Of a DNA stretch of 32,000 nt, positions 24,842 to 32,000 are shown piece after piece. The notes below the pieces were generated by a model. It saw only the letters and a list, made by a program, of their open reading frames with translations, was not told the DNA's origin and ran no database searches. Numbering within the stretch: the first letter of the stretch is position 1; every line of letters begins with the position of its first letter. The position numbers and the translations under genes are program-made. Origin of the DNA: Desulfobulbus propionicus DSM 2032 (GTDB taxonomy: Bacteria > Desulfobacterota > Desulfobulbia > Desulfobulbales > Desulfobulbaceae); the NCBI RefSeq assembly GCF_000186885.1, contig NC_014972.1, positions 2,520,001-2,552,000 on the forward strand, written 5' to 3'.

Positions 24842-25360
24842 ATGGCGGAAAAAGAAGAAAAAAAGGACGAAACCGCAAAAGGCGGCAAAAAAAAGCTGAT
24901 CATCATCATTGCGGCCGCGTTGGTCCTGTTGTTGGCGGCCGGCGGCGGCGCCTACTATTTTTTGGTCTATAAGCCGCACCAGGAAGAACTGAAGCGCAAG
25001 CAGGAAGAGGCGAGCAAGGCCGAAGCCCTGATCAAACCGGTACCCGAAGAAGCGAAGATCGGCCCCATGGTGGAAATCAAGGAATTCATCGTCAACATCA
25101 TCAGTGAAGACACCCCCCATTACGTCAAGGCTTCGCTTTCCCTGGAACTGGACAAGGACGCCACGCTCGATGAGGTCAACAAGCGCATGCCGCAGATCCG
25201 CGATGCCATTCTGCTGCTCATTGGCAACAAGACCTTTGAGGAGTTGCAGGACATCCAGGGCAAAAATCAGGTCAAGGCCGAGTTGAAAAGCAAGATCAAC
25301 TCCTTTCTCAAAACCGGCAAGGTCAACAACGTCTATTTGACCGATTTTGTGGTGCAGTGA
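24842..25360 (+). CDS. fliL: Flagellar basal-body-associated protein FliL.
   Basis: AAGGA lies 7 nt upstream of ATG 24842. Lys-rich N-terminus, a TM segment, then MVEIKEFIVNI...YVKASLSLELD...IRDAILLLIG...VYLTDFVVQ. Confidence 0.9.
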   Translation: MAEKEEKKDETAKGGKKKLIIIIAAALVLLLAAGGGAYYFLVYKPHQEELKRKQEEASKAEALIKPVPEEAKIGPMVEIKEFIVNIISEDTPHYVKASLSLELDKDATLDEVNKRMPQIRDAILLLIGNKTFEELQDIQGKNQVKAELKSKINSFLKTGKVNNVYLTDFVVQ

Positions 25361-26394
25361 GTGCCGTGGAACCGATCCTCAGCAAGGCGGAAATAGCAGA
25401 CCTCCTGGCGGCCATCAAGTCCGGCAGGGTCTCGACCGAACTGGTGGAAGACGGTCGAGCCGTTAGCCACCGCTTGCTGCATGCCGCCGAGATCGATCTG
25501 TTTCGCACCTACGAGCGGACCAGGGGCAGCGGGGAAATGCGCGTGCCCAACCTCGACATCGTGCTCGACAGTTTTGCCCGCAAGTTTTCCACCAGCCTGA
25601 CCAATACCCTGATGCGCAACTTCATCGTCGAACGGGAAGACATCACCACCACCAACTTTCAACAGAGCCTGCTGGATCTCAAGAGCCAAGGCGCTGTCGG
25701 CATTTACGGCATTTCTCCGCTCAAACACGGCTGCCTGTTCCATTTCGATACCCTCATGGCCTTCACCTTGCTGGAGATCATGCTCGGTTCTTCCCGGTCG
25801 AGCGAGTCACTGCCCCTGGACCGTAACCTGACCACCATCGAGATGTTTGTTCTCAAGACCATCATGCAGGACATCTGCAACGAACTGCAGACCGCCATGC
25901 GCCCGGTGGTTGAGTTGCAGGCCCAGCTCACCAAGGTCGAGAACAATTTCCGCCTGGTCAACATCGTCGAACCGGAAGTCGAGGTCCTGGTCACCCGTTT
26001 CAATATCCAGCTGGGCAACGAACTGTGCGGGCAGATGCGGCTGATCATCCCGTACCTCACCCTGGAACCGCTTCGGGAAAAATTCAAGGCCCTGGTCACC
26101 ATCACCCAGGCAGCCGCCAACACCTGGACCGAAATCATCGCCCGCGAAACCCTGGAGATGGAAAGCCAGGTCATCGCCAGATCCGGCCTGATCACCATGA
26201 CCATCCGCCGCATCCTCGGCCTGCAGCCGGGCGACATCATCGATTTGCAGTACGATCCGGATCGGCCCCTGACCGTGCTGGTCGAGGATCAACCCCTCTT
26301 TCTCGCCATCCCCGGGGAGCGTAACGGCAAGAAAGCCTTCCACGTCACCGGCCGCTACACCACCCAACTAGGAGGCATCCATGGCAGCGCCTGA
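25357..26394 (+). CDS. fliM: Flagellar motor switch protein FliM.
   Basis: N-terminal CheY-P-binding-type motif ILSKAEIADLL. 345 aa. GTGA overlap with fliL. The start could instead be GTG 25366. Confidence 0.92.
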   Translation: MSAVEPILSKAEIADLLAAIKSGRVSTELVEDGRAVSHRLLHAAEIDLFRTYERTRGSGEMRVPNLDIVLDSFARKFSTSLTNTLMRNFIVEREDITTTNFQQSLLDLKSQGAVGIYGISPLKHGCLFHFDTLMAFTLLEIMLGSSRSSESLPLDRNLTTIEMFVLKTIMQDICNELQTAMRPVVELQAQLTKVENNFRLVNIVEPEVEVLVTRFNIQLGNELCGQMRLIIPYLTLEPLREKFKALVTITQAAANTWTEIIARETLEMESQVIARSGLITMTIRRILGLQPGDIIDLQYDPDRPLTVLVEDQPLFLAIPGERNGKKAFHVTGRYTTQLGGIHGSA

Positions 26395-26761
26395 TGTTCT
26401 GGAACCGCAGAGGTCCAACACCCTGAACACCGAGGAAACAGCCGAACTGCTCAAAGAAGAGCAGCCCCAACCGGCTGGCCGCGGCGACCATGCTCCCCTG
26501 ACCAGGGAGTTGGAATTCCTGTTCGACGTCCCGCTGCAAGTATCGGTGGAAGTGGGCCGTGCCCGGATTCTGCTCAAGGATCTGCTGCAAATGGGGGAAG
26601 GATACGTGGTCGAATTGGACAAGCTGGCCGGCGAACCCCTGGACCTGTACGTCAACGCCCGCTTGATCGCCAGGGGAGAGGCCGTCAAGGTAGGCGACAA
26701 GTTCGGCATCAAACTGACCGAGGTGGTCAGCCAATCGGACCGGATCGAGAACCTGGGTTGA
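26381..26761 (+). CDS. fliN: Flagellar motor switch protein FliN (no CheC-like FliY extension).
   Basis: LEFLFDVPLQVSVEVGRARILLKDLLQMGEGYVVELDKLAGEPLDLYVNARLIARGEAV. Confidence 0.93.
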   Translation: MAAPDVLEPQRSNTLNTEETAELLKEEQPQPAGRGDHAPLTRELEFLFDVPLQVSVEVGRARILLKDLLQMGEGYVVELDKLAGEPLDLYVNARLIARGEAVKVGDKFGIKLTEVVSQSDRIENLG

Positions 26762-26763
26762 TC

Positions 26764-27141
26764 ATGCGCTGGTCATCCGCCCTTCTCTTCCTCACCGTGC
26801 TGCCGGCGACGGCCCGGGCCGCCGAGTCCGCATCCATGGGCGCCGCCATGCTGCAGATGAGCTGGGCCCTGTTGGTGGTGGTGGGCCTGATTCTCGCGGT
26901 GTACGCTCTGGCCCGCAAACGAATGCTGCTGGGAAAAATCGGCGGCAGGGCCATCACCGTGGTCGAACTGCGGCCGCTGCTGCCCAAAACGACCTTGGCC
27001 CTGATCGAGGTCCGTGGCCGGGAGTATCTGCTGGGCATCAGCGCCAACAACATCCAGCTGCTGGCCGATCTCTCCGATCCACCGAAAAATCCGGAGCGGG
27101 CCGCTGCGGACTTCGAAACCGTGCTGGCACAGACGCAATGA
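26764..27141 (+). CDS. fliO: Flagellar biosynthesis protein FliO/FliZ.
   Basis: Small single-TM protein between fliN and fliP. ITVVELRPLLPKTTLALIEVRGREYLLGISANNIQLL. The start is ATG 26764 or TTG 26758. Confidence 0.8.
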   Translation: MRWSSALLFLTVLPATARAAESASMGAAMLQMSWALLVVVGLILAVYALARKRMLLGKIGGRAITVVELRPLLPKTTLALIEVRGREYLLGISANNIQLLADLSDPPKNPERAAADFETVLAQTQ

Positions 27142-27878
27142 AAGGTTTTGCGTTCGTCTTTGCACTGGTCCTGCTGCTGGCGCCGACACTGGCCGCCGCC
27201 GTCAATCTGCCCACCCTGTCGTTGGGGATCAAGGAGGCCGCCACTCCGGCCGAGGTGTCGACCGCCCTGCAGGCGCTGCTCGTCCTCACCATTCTCACCG
27301 TGGCCCCGGCCATCCTCCTGATGACCACCGCCTTCACCCGCATCGTCATCGTGCTCAGTTTCGTCCGCCAGGCCATGGGCACCCAGAACACCCCGCCCAA
27401 TCAGGTCCTGCTGGGACTGGCCCTGTTCCTCACTTTTTTTGTCATGGCCCCATCCCTCAACGCCATCAACGACCAGGCGCTGCAACCGTACATCCAGGAA
27501 AAAATCACCCAGCAGCAGGCCCTGGAGCGATCGATGGAGGTGATGCGCGACTTCATGTTTTCCCAGGTCCAGGAGAGCGAACTCCAACTCTTCATCGACA
27601 TCACCAAGGAGGAACAGCCTGCCGATAAGAAGGCGGTGTCCTCCTCGATCCTTATTCCGGCCTTCATGCTGTCCGAGCTGAAACGCGCCTTTCAGATGGG
27701 GTTCATGATCTATGTGCCTTTCCTGGTGATCGACATGCTGGTCTCCTCGGTGCTGATGTCCATGGGCATGATGATGTTGCCGCCGATTGTCATCTCCCTC
27801 CCCTTCAAACTGCTGCTCTTTGTCCTGGTCGACGGCTGGCAACTGGTGGTCGGCTCGTTGATGAAGAGTTTCGGCTGA
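27138..27878 (+). CDS. fliP: Flagellar export gate protein FliP.
   Basis: Signal peptide, then LTILTVAPAILLMTTAFTRIVIVLSFVRQAMG...AFMLSELKRAFQMGFMIYVPFLVIDMLVSSVLMSMGMMMLPP. ATGA overlap with fliO. Confidence 0.95.
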   Translation: MKGFAFVFALVLLLAPTLAAAVNLPTLSLGIKEAATPAEVSTALQALLVLTILTVAPAILLMTTAFTRIVIVLSFVRQAMGTQNTPPNQVLLGLALFLTFFVMAPSLNAINDQALQPYIQEKITQQQALERSMEVMRDFMFSQVQESELQLFIDITKEEQPADKKAVSSSILIPAFMLSELKRAFQMGFMIYVPFLVIDMLVSSVLMSMGMMMLPPIVISLPFKLLLFVLVDGWQLVVGSLMKSFG

Positions 27879-27913
27879 CCCCTCCTTCCCCCTTTGTTTC
27901 CCGGAGGCACCCC

Positions 27914-28183
27914 ATGAGTCCCGAGGCCGTCATCCACATCGGCAGAAAAGCGGTTGAAACCATTCTCCTCACCTCGGCGCCCATGCTGATCGCCGCCATG
28001 GTCATTGGTTTGATCATCAGCATCTTTCAAGCCGCCACCCAGATCAACGAGCAGACCATGACCTTCATCCCCAAAATCGTGGCCGTGTTCATTACCTTGC
28101 TGATCTTCGGCCCGTGGATCATGGAACTGCTGATCACCTTCACCACCGGCATCATCAACCAAATCGCCACGGTGGGGCGATAA
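27914..28183 (+). CDS. fliQ: Flagellar export gate protein FliQ.
   Basis: 89 aa. LLTSAPMLIAAMVIGLIISIFQAATQINEQTMTFIPKI. Confidence 0.93.
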   Translation: MSPEAVIHIGRKAVETILLTSAPMLIAAMVIGLIISIFQAATQINEQTMTFIPKIVAVFITLLIFGPWIMELLITFTTGIINQIATVGR

Positions 28184-28205
28184 GCGGCCAGCCCATTCGC
28201 CGGCG

Positions 28206-28985
28206 ATGGATCTACACCTCTTCCCGCTCCAGCAGTTCCAGGAATTTCTCCTCTGTCTGGCTCGGGTTCTCGCCTTGGTGGCCGCCATTCCCGCCTTCGC
28301 CGGCAGCGCCATCTCGGGGCGGATCAAAATCGGCTTGGCCGTGGCCACCAGCCTGCTGCTCTTTCCAGCCATGGCCCCCCACATCCCCAAGGTGGCCTTC
28401 ACACTGACCGAATTCGGCCTGCTGATCGTCAACGAGGTCCTCCTGGGCGTCATGATCGGCCTGGTCACCCAGATGGTCTTTGCCGCGGTCAGTTTTGGTG
28501 GCACGGTCATCGGCTATCAAATGGGGTTTGCCGCCGCCAACATCTTTGACCCGCAAACCACCCAGCAGCTCTCCTTGATGAGCCAGTTTGCCAACATCCT
28601 CGCCCTCCTCGTCTTCCTGGCCCTCGACATGCACCATTTCTTTTTTCGCGCCCTGGTCGAATCCTACCACCTGCTGCCGCCGGGGCCGCTTGACTTTTCC
28701 CATGGCGCGGTGGAGGAGCTGATGCGCCTGGCCAGCCGGATGTTTGTCCTCGGGGTCAAATTCAGCGCTCCGGTGCTGACCCTCCTTCTGCTCACCAACC
28801 TGGTGCTCGGCATCCTGGCCCGGGTTTTTCCCCAGCTGAACGTGTTCATGCTCTCCTTTCCGCTCAACATCGGCATCGCCTTCCTTGTCATCGGCCTGAC
28901 ACTGGGCGCCACGTTCTCGGTCCTGCGCCGTGAATTTGACACCATGGGCGAAAACATCCTCAATCTCCTGCAATTGCTCAACTAG
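28206..28985 (+). CDS. fliR: Flagellar export gate protein FliR.
   Basis: 259 aa, polytopic. It lies between fliQ and flhB. GTVIGYQMGFAAANIFDPQ. Confidence 0.9.
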   Translation: MDLHLFPLQQFQEFLLCLARVLALVAAIPAFAGSAISGRIKIGLAVATSLLLFPAMAPHIPKVAFTLTEFGLLIVNEVLLGVMIGLVTQMVFAAVSFGGTVIGYQMGFAAANIFDPQTTQQLSLMSQFANILALLVFLALDMHHFFFRALVESYHLLPPGPLDFSHGAVEELMRLASRMFVLGVKFSAPVLTLLLLTNLVLGILARVFPQLNVFMLSFPLNIGIAFLVIGLTLGATFSVLRREFDTMGENILNLLQLLN

Positions 28986-29033
28986 CGCCTCCCCAGCACC
29001 CTGGCTCCGTTGTCTGCAACCATTCGCTCTTGC

Positions 29034-29049
29034 TGGTGTGCAATTTGCT
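29034..29049 (+). promoter_or_regulatory. Sigma-54 (-24/-12) promoter upstream of flhB-flhA.
   Basis: TGGTGT-GCAAT-TTGCT has exact spacing. The downstream TTGCTTGAGAGACG closely resembles TTGCTTGAGAACG at the 9340 promoter. It lies 84 nt upstream of the flhB ATG. Confidence 0.55.
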
Positions 29050-29132
29050 TGAGAGACGGCATATCCCCGGCTCCGCCAAGGATTTTCCCGGCTTCGCCAG
29101 ATCCCCGCCACCCCCGCATGGAGTAATGCCCC

Positions 29133-30200
29133 ATGGCCGAAGAACCCGCCTCCGGAGAACGCACCGAATCCCCATCGGCGAAACGCCGGGCCGATTTTCG
29201 TAAAAAGGGTCAAGTGGCCCAGAGCCGGGAGGTGCAGACCGCGGCCCTGTTCACCCTGCTGCTGTTGTTCTGGGTGTTCTTTGCCCCGATTTTCTGGGAC
29301 GGAACAAAGGAGATGGTCGCCGTTCTCTGGCGCAACAGCGGCGACTATGCCATCACCACCTCCTCGCTGATGCAGCTGGGGTATTTTCTTGGCGTCAGTC
29401 TCGCCATGATTCTGGCACCGTTGTTTTTGGTGGCGCTGCTGGTCGGCTTTCTCGCCACCTTTCTCCAGATCGGCTGGCTTTTCACCACCGAACCCCTGAT
29501 CCCGGATCTAACCAAGCTCGATCCCATCAAGGGCATGGGGCGGTTTTTCTCCAAACGCTCGCTGGTCGAGGTCATCAAATCCCTGCTCAAGGTGGGATTG
29601 ATCGGCTGGATCGCCTATAAAACAGTGGCGGGTGAGATGGATCAGGCCCTGCTGCTGACCGAGATGCCGCTTGACGACACCATCCTCTACCTGGCCAAGA
29701 CCTCGGCCCTGGTCATGGCCAAGGTGGCGGCGATCATGATCGTCCTGGCCATCCTTGACTACGCCTTTGTCCGCTGGGAAATGGAAGAAAAGATGAAGAT
29801 GACCAAGCAGGAACAGAAGGAGGAGATGAAGGAGACCGAGGGCGATCCGCACATCAAGTCAAAAATCCGTTCCATCCAGCAGCAGATGGCCCGGCGGCGG
29901 ATGATGGCCGCCGTGCCCACCGCCGACGTGGTCATCACCAACCCCACCCACATCGCCGTGGCCATCAAGTACGAGGCGGGCACGATGGATGCGCCGCTGG
30001 TCCTGGCCAAGGGGCAGGAACTGGTGGCGGAAAAGATCCGTGAAATAGCCAGGGAAAATGATATTCCCCTGGTGGAAAACCCTCCCGTGGCAAGATTATT
30101 GCATTCGAAAGTTGAGGTGGGCCAGGCCATTCCCGAGGAGCTGTTCAAGGCCGTGGCGGAAATTCTGGCCTATGTCTATTCACTGAAAGGCAGGAGATAA
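29133..30200 (+). CDS. flhB: Flagellar export switch protein FlhB.
   Basis: GERTESPSAKRRADFRKKGQVAQSREV, KMTKQEQKEEMKETEGDPHIKSKIR, and the autocleavage site NPTH (VVITNPTHIAVAIKY). Confidence 0.95.
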   Translation: MAEEPASGERTESPSAKRRADFRKKGQVAQSREVQTAALFTLLLLFWVFFAPIFWDGTKEMVAVLWRNSGDYAITTSSLMQLGYFLGVSLAMILAPLFLVALLVGFLATFLQIGWLFTTEPLIPDLTKLDPIKGMGRFFSKRSLVEVIKSLLKVGLIGWIAYKTVAGEMDQALLLTEMPLDDTILYLAKTSALVMAKVAAIMIVLAILDYAFVRWEMEEKMKMTKQEQKEEMKETEGDPHIKSKIRSIQQQMARRRMMAAVPTADVVITNPTHIAVAIKYEAGTMDAPLVLAKGQELVAEKIREIARENDIPLVENPPVARLLHSKVEVGQAIPEELFKAVAEILAYVYSLKGRR

Positions 30201-32000
30201 TGGAAGCAACAGGGGCGCAAACACTGCTGAGCCGGGTTCGGATCAAGGAGCTGCTGCAGCGCAGCGACATCCTGGCCTCGCTGGGACTCTTCGGCATTCT
30301 CATGCTGATGATCATCCCCCTGCCGCCCATGCTGCTCGACCTCTGCCTGTCGCTCAACATCACCATCGCCATTCTCATCCTGATCATCAGCCTCTACACG
30401 GAAAAAGCGACCGAGTTCTCGATTTTTCCCTCGGTGCTCCTCATCACCACCCTGTTTCGCCTGTCGCTCAATGTCGCCTCCACCCGACTGATCCTCCTCC
30501 ATGGCAACGAGGGCATGGACGCGGCCGGATCGGTGATCGAGGCATTCGGCCAGTTCGTGGTCGGCGGCTCCTATGTGGTCGGCCTGGTCATTTTCGTTAT
30601 TCTGGTGATCATCAACTTCATCGTCATCACCAAGGGCGCGGGCCGGATCGCCGAGGTGGCCGCCCGTTTCACCCTGGATGCCATGCCCGGCAAGCAGATG
30701 GCCATCGACGCCGATCTCAACGCCGGTCTGATCGACGAAAACACGGCCCGCAAACGCCGCGAGGAGATCGCGAACGAAGCCAATTTCCACGGCGCCATGG
30801 ATGGTGCCTCCAAATTCGTCCGCGGCGACGCCATCGCCGGCATCATTATCACCCTGATCAATATCGGCGCTGGTTTTATCATCGGCGTACTGCAAAAAGG
30901 CATGCCGCTGGCCGAGGCCGCCAAAAACTACACCATCCTCACCGTTGGCGACGGCCTGGTCGGCCAGGTCCCGGCCCTGATCATTTCCACCGCCGCCGGC
31001 ATGCTGGTCTCTCGTACCGCCGGCCGCGAGGATTTCGGCACCGAACTGAAGACCCAATTCACCCGCTATGCCAAGGCACTCTGGGTGGTGGCGGCAATCC
31101 TCCTCATTTTTGCCCTCATTCCCGGCTTGCCCTTTATCCCTTTTCTCCTCATTGCCGCTGGCCTCGCCTATACCGCCTACCGGATCGATCAGGCGGAAAA
31201 GGCCAGGCAGCTCGAGGAGGCCGTGGCCGAACGGCCGCAACCGGTGGTCAAACCCGATCAGGATTACGAGAAGATGCTCAATGTCGACCTGATCGAACTT
31301 GAGGTCGGCTACGGCCTGATCCCCTTTGTCGATGCGGCCCAGGACGGAGAGCTGCTCTCGCGCATCCAGTCGATCCGCAAGCAGTTCGCCCTGACCACCG
31401 GTTTCATCGTACCGCCGGTGCACATCAAGGACAACCTGCAACTCAATCCCAACCAGTACACCCTCAACCTCAAGGGCGTCACCATCGCCACCGCTGAAAT
31501 GATGCCCGGCTACTTCATGGCCATGGATCCCGGTCTGGTGACCGAAACCATCAAGGGCCTGCCCACCACGGAGCCGGCCTTTGATCTGCCGGCCATCTGG
31601 ATCACCGAGGACAAGCGGGAACGCGCCCAGATCGCCGGGTACACCGTGGTCGACTGCGTCACGGTCATGGCCACGCACATCAGCGAGGTGATCAAGAAAC
31701 ACGCCCATGAATTGCTCGGTCGCCAGGAAACCCAGACCCTGATCGACAACCTGGCGAAAAGCTATCCCAAGCTGGTGGAGGAACTGGTGCCCCACGTGCT
31801 CAACCTGGGAATCATCATGCGGGTGCTGCAAAATCTGCTCCGCGAGGGCGTGTCCATCCGCGATCTGCGCTCCATCCTCGAAACCATGGCCGACTACGCG
31901 CCCATGACCCAGGATACCGACATCCTCACCGAATATGTCCGCCATGCCCTGTCGCGGTCCATCTCCATGGCCCATACCCAAAACGATGGCGTCATGCCGG
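30200..32000 (+). CDS. flhA: Flagellar export gate protein FlhA. Only the N-terminal ~600 codons are in the window; the gene continues past the right edge.
   Basis: Absent from the ORF track because there is no stop in the window. TAATG overlap with flhB. Translation: MEATGAQTLLSRVRIKELLQRSDILASLGLFGILMLMIIPLPPMLLDLCLSLNITIAILI... and later FTLDAMPGKQMAIDADLNAGLIDE. Confidence 0.93.
   Translation, partial: MEATGAQTLLSRVRIKELLQRSDILASLGLFGILMLMIIPLPPMLLDLCLSLNITIAILILIISLYTEKATEFSIFPSVLLITTLFRLSLNVASTRLILLHGNEGMDAAGSVIEAFGQFVVGGSYVVGLVIFVILVIINFIVITKGAGRIAEVAARFTLDAMPGKQMAIDADLNAGLIDENTARKRREEIANEANFHGAMDGASKFVRGDAIAGIIITLINIGAGFIIGVLQKGMPLAEAAKNYTILTVGDGLVGQVPALIISTAAGMLVSRTAGREDFGTELKTQFTRYAKALWVVAAILLIFALIPGLPFIPFLLIAAGLAYTAYRIDQAEKARQLEEAVAERPQPVVKPDQDYEKMLNVDLIELEVGYGLIPFVDAAQDGELLSRIQSIRKQFALTTGFIVPPVHIKDNLQLNPNQYTLNLKGVTIATAEMMPGYFMAMDPGLVTETIKGLPTTEPAFDLPAIWITEDKRERAQIAGYTVVDCVTVMATHISEVIKKHAHELLGRQETQTLIDNLAKSYPKLVEELVPHVLNLGIIMRVLQNLLREGVSIRDLRSILETMADYAPMTQDTDILTEYVRHALSRSISMAHTQNDGVMP

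Noticed and set aside
29002-29018. Second -24/-12-like sequence TGGCTC-N7-TGCA upstream of flhB. Similar off-by-one matches occur at 3673-3688, 11845-11860 and 24771-24785.
   Set aside because: The GG-to-GC spacing is off by one nucleotide, or the -12 element is reduced to a bare GC. Sigma-54 promoters tolerate spacing changes poorly.
30176-31981. 601-aa minus-strand ORF antisense to flhA. Similar long antisense ORFs occur at 11078-12250, 1858-2934, 16787-17893, 21756-22964, 28212-29213, 26727-27842, 15265-16146, 4324-5103 and 14194-14820.
   Set aside because: These are shadow ORFs, typical of GC-rich coding DNA. Their translations are low-complexity and Gly/Arg/Asp/His-rich with no recognisable motifs. 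The opposite strand encodes unmistakable flagellar, FtsH or EBP proteins.
1-32000. Search by eye for CRISPR repeats, IS or transposase ends, integrases, tRNA/rRNA genes, and toxin-antitoxin or defence-system genes.
   Set aside because: None found. The only nuclease (3160-3651) is a signal-peptide SNase-type enzyme with no defence-type partner genes. Its divergent neighbour, the cNMP-binding protein, is coupled to a sigma-54 activator rather than to an effector.

Overview
By eye this is a GC-rich bacterial window dominated by a compact plus-strand flagellar cluster of about 22.5 kb. The cluster reads: AMIN/TPR gene, flgB, flgC, fliE, fliF, fliG, fliH, fliI, fliJ, ylxF/motE-like, fliK, flgD, flgE, then a strong terminator. 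A new sigma-54 promoter follows, then motA, motB, fliL, fliM, fliN, fliO, fliP, fliQ, fliR. Another sigma-54 promoter precedes flhB and flhA, and flhA runs off the right edge. Left of the cluster on the minus strand is a chemotaxis signal-termination operon: cheY, cheX, cheX, and a 615-aa protein with two CheX/CheC-like modules plus a pseudo-receiver. Further left are a cNMP-binding protein translationally coupled to a sensor-less sigma-54 activator, a secreted SNase-like nuclease, ftsH, an AT-rich divergent control region, and the 5' end of an NrfD-like membrane subunit gene that runs off the left edge. I saw no tRNA, rRNA, CRISPR array, IS element or integrase. Six observations are most worth follow-up. 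(1) fliH appears split by one in-frame TAG embedded in AGGAGGT. (2) The cNMP-sensor and activator pair looks like a trans-acting regulator of the sigma-54 flagellar promoters. (3) The operon is rich in phosphatase domains, including the tandem CheX-like/pseudo-receiver protein. (4) An 809-aa periplasmic AMIN-like/TPR protein leads the flgB operon. (5) Four good and one weak -24/-12 promoters share a TTGCT/TTGCA -12 element. (6) Several leaders and operator-like palindromes are unexplained. All family assignments come from motif recognition by eye. No database search, HMM or RNA-folding computation was run.
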